Shown: piece after piece, positions 36,042 through 45,101 of the stretch
How the letters are laid out: each line of letters starts with the position of its first letter
How positions within the stretch are numbered: the stretch's first letter is position 1
DNA from: an uncultured Acidimicrobiaceae bacterium
GTDB taxonomy: Bacteria; Actinomycetota; Acidimicrobiia; Acidimicrobiales; RAAP-2
Assembly: GCA_963812965.1 (NCBI GenBank)
Contig: CAWEXG010000004.1
Coordinates: 79,702-143,701 of the forward strand
Length of the DNA: 64,000 bases
Direction of reading: 5' to 3'
Made by a program: the position numbers and the translations under genes
The notes under the pieces: model-generated
Database searches by the model: none
Told to the model about the DNA's origin: nothing
The model's input: only the letters and a program-made list of their open reading frames with translations

Positions 36042-37394
36042 TCAGCTCGAGCCAGCAGGACCGACGGAGACGTCGGGCAGGCCGATCATCCCGGCGGCGA
36101 CCGTGCCGTTGGTGGCCGGATCGATGAGCACGAAGCTTCCGGTGATGCGGTTCCGTTGATAGGGATCTGCCGCAAGCGGGGAAGCAGTGGCCAGGACCAC
36201 GGTGCCGATGTCGTTCTCGCCCAACGACTCGGTGGGCGAGATCTCCAGATCGTTGACGTCGAGCCGTCCGGTCACCGACACGACCCGAGCTGGGGTCACC
36301 CGGGTGGTGTGCTTCAGCCGGAACTGGCTGCCGACGGCGAGTGGTCGCCTGTCGAACCAGCACACGGTGGCTTCTATCTCCGACACGACTTCGGGTGGCT
36401 CGTCGGCGGCGGCCAGGAGGTCGCCCCGGCTGATATCCACGTCGTCGGCCAGGTGGACGGAGACGGACAGTCCCACCGACGCTTCGTCGAGGGAACCATC
36501 CAGCGTCTCTACGTCGGTCACCGTGGTTCGATGTCCACCGGGAAGCACCACGACCTCATCGCCGGGCCGGATCGGTCCACCGTTGACCATGCCGGCGTAG
36601 CTCCGGCCTCCTCCGGGCTGCCGGAGCACCCACTGGACCGGTAGTCGGGCGCCCGACCCGTGGTGGGCGCCGTGCACGCCGGCCCACGCTCCGGCCGGCG
36701 CCTGTTCCAGCGCCTCGAGAATGGTGGGCCCCTCGTACCAGGGAGCTGCATCGGAACGATCGGCCACGTTGTCGCCGTAGAGGGCGGACACCGGGACGAC
36801 GGTGCACGATTCGACGCCGAGCCGCTCGGATAGCAGAGCCATGTCGGTGACTACCCGCCCATAGGCGGCTTCGTCCCAGGCGACCTCGTCCATCTTGTTG
36901 GCTGCCACGATCAGCTGGCGGACCCCGAGCAACGCGGCGATACAGACGTGGCGACGGGTCTGCTCACGCAGGCCCTTGGACGCGTCCACGACGACGAGGG
37001 CCAGATCGGCGGTGGAGGCGCCGGTCGCCATGTTCCGGGTGTACTGGACGTGACCGGGACAGTCGGCGATGACGAACTTACGCGTCGGCGTGGCGGCGTA
37101 GCGGTAGGCCACGTCGATGGTGATGCCCTGCTCCCGCTCGGCTCGGAGACCGTCGGTGACGAAGGACAGGTCGACACCGTCAACCCCACGACGGCGCGAC
37201 GCCGTCTTCACCGCTTCCAGCTGGTCGTCGAAGAGCTGTTTCGTGTCGTGGAGGAGGCGCCCGATCAGTGTCGACTTCCCATCGTCGACGGAGCCGACGG
37301 CGGCGAACCGCAAGAGGTCCATGACCGGTTCTGGAGCACCGTCTGTGCTGCCTGTGTTGGTGACGGCGGCCGCGCCGTCTGTGGCTGCGGCCAT
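36042..37394 (-). CDS. cysN: Sulfate adenylyltransferase subunit 1 (GTPase; no APS-kinase domain)
   Basis: 450-aa ORF with G-domain motifs GSVDDGKSTLIGRLL, DCPGH and NKMD, and EF-Tu-like barrels. Confidence 0.92.
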   Translation of the reverse strand: MAAATDGAAAVTNTGSTDGAPEPVMDLLRFAAVGSVDDGKSTLIGRLLHDTKQLFDDQLEAVKTASRRRGVDGVDLSFVTDGLRAEREQGITIDVAYRYAATPTRKFVIADCPGHVQYTRNMATGASTADLALVVVDASKGLREQTRRHVCIAALLGVRQLIVAANKMDEVAWDEAAYGRVVTDMALLSERLGVESCTVVPVSALYGDNVADRSDAAPWYEGPTILEALEQAPAGAWAGVHGAHHGSGARLPVQWVLRQPGGGRSYAGMVNGGPIRPGDEVVVLPGGHRTTVTDVETLDGSLDEASVGLSVSVHLADDVDISRGDLLAAADEPPEVVSEIEATVCWFDRRPLAVGSQFRLKHTTRVTPARVVSVTGRLDVNDLEISPTESLGENDIGTVVLATASPLAADPYQRNRITGSFVLIDPATNGTVAAGMIGLPDVSVGPAGSS

Positions 37395-37397
37395 TGG

Positions 37398-38342
37398 CTA
37401 GAAGTACCCCTCGCGCTTGCGGTCCTCCATGGACGTCTCGGAGAAGCGGTCGTCGGCCCGGGTGGCTCCTCGTTCGGACACCCGTGAGACGGCGACCTCG
37501 TCGATGATCTGGGCAACGGTGGTCGCTTCGGACCGGACCGCACCGGTGCAGGTGGCGTCGCCGACAGTCCGGAAGCGGACGGTCTCGACCACCGCCGACT
37601 CGCCGGCTCCCGGGGTCACCCACTCCGACTCGGCCAACAGCATGCCGTCGCGCTCGATGACCGGCCGACGGTGCGCGTAGTAGATCGACGGCAGCTCGAT
37701 CGACTCCCGGGCGATGTACTGCCAGATGTCGAGCTCCGTCCAGTCCGAGAGCGGGAACGCCCGAAGGTGCTCTCCCGGCTGGACCTGGCCCGAGTAGAGC
37801 TGCCAGAGCTCGGGCCGCTGGCGCTTCGGGTCCCACTGGCCGAACGTGTCACGGAAGGACAGGACGCGCTCTTTTGCTCGTGCCTTGTCCTCGTCCCGGC
37901 GGGCACCGCCGATGCAGGCGTCGAAGCCGTGCTCACCGATGGCGTCGAGGAGAGCGGTGGTCTGGAGCCGGTTGCGCATGCCTTCGGGGCCGGGGTCGGC
38001 CACCCGGCCGGTGTCGATGGAGTCCTGAACCGATGCCACCAGGAGTCGTTCGCCCAGCTCCTTGACACGTCGATCCCGGAACTCGATCACCTCAGGGAAG
38101 TTGTGCCCGGTGTCCACGTGGAGAACCGGGAACGGAAGGCGGCCAGGACGGAAGGCCTTCTCGGCCACCCGCAGCAGCACCGCCGAGTCCTTCCCGCCGC
38201 TGAACAGCAGCACCGGATGCTCGCACTCGGCCGCCACTTCCCGCATGATGAAGATGGCATGGGCTTCGAGAAGGTCGAGATGGTCGACCCCGGTGCTCGG
38301 GCCTGCCGTGGCGGCAGCGATGGGATCGAAGATCGTCGTCAT
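37398..38342 (-). CDS. cysD: Sulfate adenylyltransferase subunit 2
   Basis: PAPS-reductase-fold motifs LFSGGKDSAVLL, VDTGHNFPE and GGARRDEDKARAKERV. The ATG at 38342 (MTTIFDP) is preferred over 38435. Confidence 0.92.
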   Translation of the reverse strand: MTTIFDPIAAATAGPSTGVDHLDLLEAHAIFIMREVAAECEHPVLLFSGGKDSAVLLRVAEKAFRPGRLPFPVLHVDTGHNFPEVIEFRDRRVKELGERLLVASVQDSIDTGRVADPGPEGMRNRLQTTALLDAIGEHGFDACIGGARRDEDKARAKERVLSFRDTFGQWDPKRQRPELWQLYSGQVQPGEHLRAFPLSDWTELDIWQYIARESIELPSIYYAHRRPVIERDGMLLAESEWVTPGAGESAVVETVRFRTVGDATCTGAVRSEATTVAQIIDEVAVSRVSERGATRADDRFSETSMEDRKREGYF

Positions 38343-38712
38343 GGCGAAGCCGTCCTTTCTCGTGCGGGGTTGGCGCTGCTGGGGTTCCAGGGCTTTGGGG
38401 CCTGGTAGATCCGGTATCTGGTAGATGTCTGGCACCTACCCGTTCATTCCCATATTCGATTGTTCAAAATCCTGATCTGGTTAGTCATATATACTCCCGT
38501 ATGGGTCGTTGAGCAAGGCGGTACAACCGTTCTAGAGGAACTGGGGTACGGCGTTGACCAGGAAGAAACCCTATGGATTCAGTAGAGAATGGCGTCGCTC
38601 CCCGGCGTCAGCAAGGGCAGGTTCGAAGGCCGTTCACCTCCCCGTACACCCTCGTACGGTGGCGAGAACGGCTGCATTCAGATCGACTCCATCGATCGAA
38701 AGTTGGTACCCA

Positions 38713-39391
38713 ATGCCAAGCGATCAAGAACTGAAGACACTCCGTGAAGAGCTGGCCGAACGGTCGGCGGCGTTCGAGACCGAGCCGGCCGGCGCCGTCA
38801 TCGCCTGGGCCGTCGAGCGGTTCGGGTCCGGGGTCTGCGCTGGCTTGCTCGTTCCAGGACGCGGTCATCGTGGACCTGGCCGTCGCCGTCGATCCGGGGA
38901 TCGAGGTCGTCTTCTTGGATACCGAGGCCCACTTTCCGCGAGACCCTCGAGTACGTCGAGACGATCCGTGCCCGTTACGACCTCAACCTGACCGTGACGA
39001 AGCCGGTGGCCAGGGCGCCGAGTCGTTCCCGTGCGGTTCGGCCCAGTGCTGCCAGTACCGCAAGGTGTTGCCGCTACGGGACGCCCTGGCCGGGAACGAG
39101 GCATGGCTGACCGGGCTGAAGCGGGTCGACGCCCCCACCCGGGGCGCCGCACCCATCGTCTCCTACGACGACAGCTGGGGCATGGTCAAGATCAACCCCC
39201 TGGCCACCTGGACCGACGCCGACATCGCCGGGTACGAGTCCGATCACGACATCCCTCGCCACCCGCTGTTGTCGGAGGGGTACCTGTCGATCGGGTGCGC
39301 ACCCACCACCCGGCCGGTGGCCGAGGGTGAGGACCCCCGCGCCGGACGGTGGTCGGGTACCGACAAGGTCGAGTGCGGGCTGCACGTGTGA
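38713..39391 (+). pseudogene. cysH: (Phospho)adenosine phosphosulfate reductase, APS-reductase type, frame broken 3 times as assembled
   Basis: MPSDQELKTLREELA..; SFQDAVIVDL..FLDTEAHFPETLEYVETIRARYDLNL (restored by hand); CCQYRKVLPL..WLTGLKR..SIGCAPTT..KVECGLHV. Shifts are near 38840, 38939 and about 39010. Confidence 0.85.
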
Positions 39392-41284
39392 TGGCCCGGG
39401 ACAAGGACAACCTGTACGGGATGCAGTTCCGGGGGAACGAGCGGTCCCTCCAGTTCGTCGACCCCTACCGGACCATCGGTGAGCTGAACACCGTCGAGCA
39501 GCAGAAGCTCGACGGCACCCCTTCGAGGTGGTCGACGCCATCATCACCCGCTACTCGGTGGAGGGGCCGGGGGCCATCAACTCCATCCCTGGCGAGGTGG
39601 AGCGGTTGAAGTGGGCTGGGCATCTATCCGCAGAAGCAGGGCGGCGACGCCTTCATGCTGCGGATCAAGGTTCCCGGCGGCTTCCTCACCGCAGCCCAGG
39701 TCCGGGAGATCGGCATCGCGGCCGACGCCTTCGGCGAGGGACCGGACGGCACCGAGAGCGCTGTGTTCGGGGCCGCTACGCCGACATCACCACCCGGCAG
39801 TCCATCCAGCTCCACTGGATTGCGCATGGAGGACATGCCCCGGGTGTGGCGAGCGGTTCAAGGATGTGGGGCTGACGACCTTGCAGGCGTGCGGAGACGG
39901 GATGCGCAACGTGCTCAGCTGCCCGGTGTCCGGGGTGGACGCCCACGAGGCGTTCGACGCTCTTCCCGTTGCCATGGCGGTATCGGCGTTCTTCACCGGT
40001 AATCGCGAGTACGCCAACCTCCCCCGGAAGTTCAAGGTCAGCGTCTCTGGCTGTGTCGAGGACTGCGCCCAGGCCGAGATCAACGACATCGGGCTGTGGG
40101 CGGCCCGGGCAGAAGACGGCACCCTTGGCTTCAACCTGCTCGCCGGTGGCGGCCTTTCCGACGGCGAGCGCATGGCGTCGGACATCGACGTCTTCGTCGC
40201 ACAGGACCAGGCGGTGGAGGTCGTCCGTGCCATCGCCCAGCTCTTCGGCGAGCTCGGCAACCGGGAGAACCGTGGGCTGGCCCGCATGCGCTACCTGGTC
40301 CAGGAGCTGGGACCCGAAGGTTTTCGGGAGGCGTTGGCGGCACGGGCCCACTTCGAGCTGCCCACCGCCGGCGAGGCCCTCACGACGCGGTACCGGGGCG
40401 ATCACGTGGGCGTGCACGCCCAGAAGCAGCCCGGCCTTGTCTACGTGGGCTGCTCGGTGCCGGTCGGGCGCATGTCCGGCATCGAGCTGGTCGAGGTGGC
40501 CCGGTTGGCCGAGACCTACGGCGACGGCACCGTCCGGACCGGGACCGACCAGAACTTCATCTTGACCGGCGTCCCCGAGGACCGGGTCGACGACCTGCTG
40601 GCCGAGGGGCTGTTGCAGAAGTACTCGCCGTTCCCCGGGCCGTTCTCCCGGGGCGTGGTGGCGTGCACGGGCAGCGAGTTCTGCCGGTACGCCATCGTCG
40701 AGACGAAGGAGCGGGCGGTCAAGTGGGCGCGGTTCCTCGACCGTGAGCTGGCCGGCGAGCCGGTGGGTGCGCTGCCGGTGCCGGGACGCTCGCCCGATCG
40801 GGAGGATGCCGGAATCATCCGGATGCACTTCTCGGGATGCTCGGCGTCGTGCGCCCAGCCCCAGATCGCCGATGTGGGCTTCCGGGGAGAGGTGGCGCAC
40901 GTGGGCACCCACCTCTCGGAGGCTGTGGACATCGGGCTGGGCGGGTCGCTGGGGACCGATGCCGGGTTCATCGACTGGGTGGAGCACGCCCTCCCGGTCA
41001 ACGAGGTTCCCGACGCCATGCTGCGGTTGGTCCGCCGGTACCAGGCTGAGCGCCGCCCGGACGAGCCGTTTTACAACTGGGCTCGGCGGGTGCCGAACGA
41101 AGATCTGCGGGGCACGCTGCTCGAGTCGGGGGTCGGGACGCCGGTGACGTTGGCGCCGACCAAGAAGGCGGCTGCAGCTGGTGCGTCTGCTGCCGGCGGG
41201 AAGTCCAGCGGGAAGAAGGCTGTGACGTCTCCCAAGGCGGCGACGACACAGACGAAGACGACACAGACGAAGAAGGGGCGATGA
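39391..41284 (+). pseudogene. sir: Assimilatory siroheme/[4Fe-4S] sulfite reductase (ferredoxin-type, NirA/Sir family), frame broken at least 5 times in its first 460 bp as assembled
   Basis: The ATG overlaps the cysH stop (TGATG). Hand-joined N-terminus: ..RLKWAGIYPQKQGGDAFMLRIKVPGGFLTAAQVREIG..RYADITTRQSIQLHWI... An intact 3' 1.4 kb follows, with the cluster/siroheme Cys motifs VACTGSEFCRYA and FSGCSASCAQP. It ends in a Lys/Ala/Thr-rich tail. Confidence 0.85.
41243..41272. repeat. 15-bp tandem repeat x2 (acgacacagacgaag), in frame in the sir C-terminal tail
   Basis: Read directly. It encodes TTQTK-TTQTK. Confidence 0.9.
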
Positions 41285-42606
41285 AGGCGTACCGCATCCG
41301 TGACGAGATGAACGGGATCGCCGAGCCACCGGGCAAGACCTGGTTCTGGGAGCTCGAGGCAGCCGTTGTCGAAGCCGATCGATGCATCCAGTGCGGGACC
41401 TGCATCGCCGCCTGCCCGTCCAACTCCATCGGTATCAACGAGGACACGTTGCTGCCCGAGCTGGTGAAGATGTGCACGGGATGTTCGCTGTGCTGGGACT
41501 TCTGCCCCCGTGGCGGCCTGCGTTACGAGGCGCTGTGGCCGCCGTCGACCCCCGGTGTCGTACCTGCGTCCTCGTCTGCCGCCAACGGCGCTACGACGAA
41601 CGGCGCAGCTGATGTCGGCGACGGCATCGCCAACCAGACGGTGGTGCGGACGGACTCCTCCGATCCGTACTGGAAGATCACCGGTGGCCCTCCCGGTGAC
41701 GGCTTGGGCGCGGTCCTCGGGTCGTATGCCGTGCGCGCCGGCACCCGTCCGGACGACGCCCAGGACGGCGGTGTGGTCTCCGCCCTGCTGATCGCGGCGC
41801 TGGCGGCAGGAGACATCGACGGCGCCTTGGTGTCCAAGCCGAGCTCCGACCCTGACGAGCCGTGGAAGGGGATCACCACCATCGCCACCTCGGCCCAGGA
41901 GATCCTCGACGCTGCCGGCAGCTTCTACAACCAGACCATGGCGCTGGCCGGTCTCGACCTCACCGGCTACGACCTTCCGGCCAAGCCCCGCCTGGCTGTC
42001 GTGGGCACCCCGTGCGAGATCCAAGGCATCCGGGCCATGCAGTCTCGACGGTGGCCGACCGGTGCGCACCGGGTCGATGCGGTGGTGCTGACCATCGCGT
42101 TGCTGTGCACGAAGAGCTTTGACTACGAAGGACTGATGCTCCGGAAGCTGCGGGACGAGCGCAATATCGATCTCGACCGGGTCAGCAAGGTCGATGTGAT
42201 CCACGGCCGGATGATCGTGGAGTACCGGGACGGGCAGGTGGCTGTGGACGAGCCGGTCAAGGACTTCCACGGCGCCGCCCTCAAGGGCTGCGACGAGTGC
42301 GCCGACTTCTTGGGCCGCAGCGCCGACCTGTCGGTGGGAAGCGTGGGGTCGATGGACGGCTGGTCGAGCGTGCTGGTGCGGACCGAACGGGGCAAGCTGG
42401 CGCTCGACAACGCCCGCGGTCGGCTCGACTTCCGAGAGCTCGACAACCCCGAGGCGTTGGTGAAGCTGGACAACTTCGATAAGAAGGTGGCTCGCAAGGC
42501 GCTGCAGCGCGAGCTCGACCCCGATGGCCCGCTTTTCATCGACTTCGAGGAGCACCTGGAGACCTACGGCGGGACGGATCGCTCCCCGGTGGTCCTGGAC
42601 CGATGA
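41281..42606 (+). CDS. FrhB/FdhB/FpoF-family protein (coenzyme F420 hydrogenase/dehydrogenase beta-subunit family) with an N-terminal 2x[4Fe-4S] ferredoxin domain
   Basis: Intact 441-aa ORF whose ATG overlaps the sir stop (ATGA at 41281-41284). It has CIQCGTCIAACP and CTGCSLCWDFCP. The FrhB-like core is DGGVVSALLIAAL..GDIDGALV, VGTPCEIQGIRAM, LLCTKSF and GCDECADFLGRSADLSVGSVGS..WSSVLVRTERG. Confidence 0.75.
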   Translation: MKAYRIRDEMNGIAEPPGKTWFWELEAAVVEADRCIQCGTCIAACPSNSIGINEDTLLPELVKMCTGCSLCWDFCPRGGLRYEALWPPSTPGVVPASSSAANGATTNGAADVGDGIANQTVVRTDSSDPYWKITGGPPGDGLGAVLGSYAVRAGTRPDDAQDGGVVSALLIAALAAGDIDGALVSKPSSDPDEPWKGITTIATSAQEILDAAGSFYNQTMALAGLDLTGYDLPAKPRLAVVGTPCEIQGIRAMQSRRWPTGAHRVDAVVLTIALLCTKSFDYEGLMLRKLRDERNIDLDRVSKVDVIHGRMIVEYRDGQVAVDEPVKDFHGAALKGCDECADFLGRSADLSVGSVGSMDGWSSVLVRTERGKLALDNARGRLDFRELDNPEALVKLDNFDKKVARKALQRELDPDGPLFIDFEEHLETYGGTDRSPVVLDR

Positions 42607-42631
42607 GCACAGATCGGATGGGTACAGACCG

Positions 42632-43024
42632 ATGAGCAGAGAGCACCCTCGACCGCCGGGCAGGAAGGGCAAGAGCGAGCGCACGGTGGCGCTGCCCGAG
42701 TTCATCGAGGTGGCTGGTGGACCTCGGCTGGACCTCCCTCGGGAGCCGGTCGAGCTGCGGGATGGTCTGCGCGATGTTCTTCTTGCAGGGGGGGACTGGG
42801 GTGAGGGTCTCAGCGACGATCACGACATCGCCCTCTGGCTCTGGCGCCAGTGGCAATCGGTCCTGGAGCCTGCCGGCTTCGGTCAGGACGAGCTTGCCGA
42901 AGTCGTGATGGCCACGAGGCGAGAGCTGTGGCTGTGGTTGCTCGGTGACCGGATCTGGAACCAGTACGTTGCCGGTCTGGCCGGACGAGTCCTGCGCCGG
43001 CTCCCGCAACCATCGGTCACATAA
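42632..43024 (+). CDS. Hypothetical protein (130 aa), last gene of the cysH-sir-frhB-like string
   Basis: The ORF starts 26 nt after the frhB-like stop. It is Trp/Leu-rich (ALWLWRQWQ, LWLWLLGDRIWNQY). I recognise no family motif. Confidence 0.45.
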   Translation: MSREHPRPPGRKGKSERTVALPEFIEVAGGPRLDLPREPVELRDGLRDVLLAGGDWGEGLSDDHDIALWLWRQWQSVLEPAGFGQDELAEVVMATRRELWLWLLGDRIWNQYVAGLAGRVLRRLPQPSVT

Positions 43025-43116
43025 CTCACAGAATAGGTCCAGTGGCCAGGGTGGTGCTCGCTCGAGGGGCCTGACGGTCACACTCGTACCCGTAGCAGTA
43101 CTGCCATACTCCCTCC

Positions 43117-43848
43117 GTGGAAAAGCTCATCTACCTGTTGTGGGGTGAGGGAGGACCCGAGCACGGCGATCAGTTGCGTGATCGTCTGCTCGATGAGACT
43201 GCGCCCAAACTGCTCTCGTTCGGTGTACGTGGTGTGGGGGTGAACGTGCACGACGCCGACGCTGCACCGGCACCCTCGCCTGCTCCCGCTCCCCATGGCG
43301 AACACCCCCACATAGCCGAGGTGTCGGTGTGGGTGGACGGTTACGACCGGCGAGGATCTCTCGACGAAGCGATCTCGATGCTCGGGATGAGCTATGCCGG
43401 CTACCTGGTGGTGGAGTCTCTCTACGACGACTACGGCACCACACCGCACGCCGCTGCCCGGAGCTGGCCCGATGGCCAGCGTTCGCCGGGAGTGTTGACG
43501 GTGGCCACCATTCACCGCCCCGAGGGTCTCGAGTACGACGAGTGGATCCGCCGTTGGCACGGTACCCAGTCGCCGGTCTCCGGGGAACTGCAGCCACGCA
43601 CCCGGTACGTGCGCAACGAGGTGGTCCGGTCGATCACCGAGGATGCACCGGAGATCCACGGGATCGTCGAGGAGGGCTGGCCGTCGGTCGAGCACGTCGC
43701 CGATCCCATGCTGTTCTTCAACGCCGGATCGTCTCAGGAGCTGCAGGCCAACGTGGGCCGGATGATCGACAGCGTGAACGCGTGTCTCGACCTGGGTCGG
43801 CTTCGCAGTGCCACGATGAGCGAGTATCTGGTCAAGACGGTCCCCTGA
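43117..43848 (+). CDS. Hypothetical protein, possibly a tandem EthD-like (dimeric alpha/beta-barrel) protein
   Basis: 243-aa ORF. Both halves begin with an EthD-like pattern (MEKLIYLLWGE.. and GVLTVATIHRPEGLEYDEWIRRWHG). Motif-level guess only. Confidence 0.4.
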   Translation: MEKLIYLLWGEGGPEHGDQLRDRLLDETAPKLLSFGVRGVGVNVHDADAAPAPSPAPAPHGEHPHIAEVSVWVDGYDRRGSLDEAISMLGMSYAGYLVVESLYDDYGTTPHAAARSWPDGQRSPGVLTVATIHRPEGLEYDEWIRRWHGTQSPVSGELQPRTRYVRNEVVRSITEDAPEIHGIVEEGWPSVEHVADPMLFFNAGSSQELQANVGRMIDSVNACLDLGRLRSATMSEYLVKTVP

Positions 43849-43948
43849 ACCGCGTCCGGCTTCGCGTCCAGGTCGGCTCTCGATCGGGGGTGCTGCTGGA
43901 TCCCCTACGCTGGCGAGTCGGCCCGTCACAACGCTGGAGGAAGCATCT

Positions 43949-45052
43949 GTGGGACTGTCGATCGGCATCGTCGGCTTGCCCAACGTGGGGAAGTCGACGC
44001 TGTTCAACGCTCTGACCCGGAACGAGGTACTGGTCGCCAACTATCCGTTCGCGACGATTGAGCCCAACCTGGGAGTGGTGGCCGTTCCCGACCCTCGTCT
44101 GGAGCGCCTGGCCGAGCTCTTCGCCAGCGAGAAGATCGTCCCGGCCACCGTCACGTTCGTGGACATCGCCGGCATCGTCCGCGGTGCATCGGAGGGTGAG
44201 GGGTTGGGCAATAAGTTCCTCGCCGCCATCCGCGAGAGCGACGCCATCTGTCAGGTGGTCCGGGTGTTCTCCGACCCTGACGTGATCCACGTCGATGGGC
44301 GCATCGAACCGGCCGGGGACATCGCCACCATCAACACCGAGTTGATCCTGGCCGATCTTCAGACCGTCGACAACCGGTTGGTGAAGTTGACCAAGGAAGC
44401 GCGCAAACAGCAGGAGCTGGTTCCCGTGCTGGATGCGGTCACTGCGGCCCGCGACATTCTCGACTCGGGTCGGACCATCGCCGACGCCATCGTTGCCGGG
44501 GACGTGGACCCTGCCCTGCTGGCCGATCTCCATCTCCTGAGCGCCAAGCCGTTCATCTACGTCTTCAACGTCGACGAGGAGCGGTTGGCCGACGATGCTC
44601 TGTGCGCCGAGCTGACCGCGCTGGTGGCTCCGGCGCAGGCAGTGGTGCTCTGCGCCCAGATCGAGTCGGAGGTAGCTGCCCTCGATCCTCAGGACGCCGC
44701 CGAGCTGTTGGCCGAGTACGGCCAGGATCGTTCCGGGTTGGAGCAGTTGGTCCACATCGGGTTCGAGACCCTGGGGCTCCAGACGTTCCTCACCGCCGGC
44801 CCCAAGGAGTCTCGGGCGTGGACCATCCATATCGGCGATACCGCACCCGAGGCCGCCGGCGTCATCCATACCGACTTTCAGCGAGGCTTCATCAAGGCGG
44901 AGATCGTGGGGTACGACGATCTCGTCGATGCCGGCTCGGTGGTTGCCGCCCGGTCTGTCGGCAAAGCCAGGGTCGAGGGTAAGGAGTACGTCATGCACGA
45001 CGGCGACGTGGTCGAGTTCCGCTTTCAGGCATCGTCAGGCAACCAGCAGTAA
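43949..45052 (+). CDS. ychF: Redox-regulated ribosome-binding ATPase YchF
   Basis: 367-aa ORF with [38 protein letters not shown] and a TGS-like C-terminus ending [16 protein letters not shown]. Confidence 0.95.
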   Translation: MGLSIGIVGLPNVGKSTLFNALTRNEVLVANYPFATIEPNLGVVAVPDPRLERLAELFASEKIVPATVTFVDIAGIVRGASEGEGLGNKFLAAIRESDAICQVVRVFSDPDVIHVDGRIEPAGDIATINTELILADLQTVDNRLVKLTKEARKQQELVPVLDAVTAARDILDSGRTIADAIVAGDVDPALLADLHLLSAKPFIYVFNVDEERLADDALCAELTALVAPAQAVVLCAQIESEVAALDPQDAAELLAEYGQDRSGLEQLVHIGFETLGLQTFLTAGPKESRAWTIHIGDTAPEAAGVIHTDFQRGFIKAEIVGYDDLVDAGSVVAARSVGKARVEGKEYVMHDGDVVEFRFQASSGNQQ

Positions 45053-45101
45053 GGGGTCTATATTGACCAATATTGACTGGTCAACATAGACTAGGTACAT
45101 G

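Noticed and set aside
38610-38630. GGTTCGAAGG as a tRNA T-arm.
   Set aside because: The flanks contain no acceptor, anticodon or D arms. It sits in the cysH leader.
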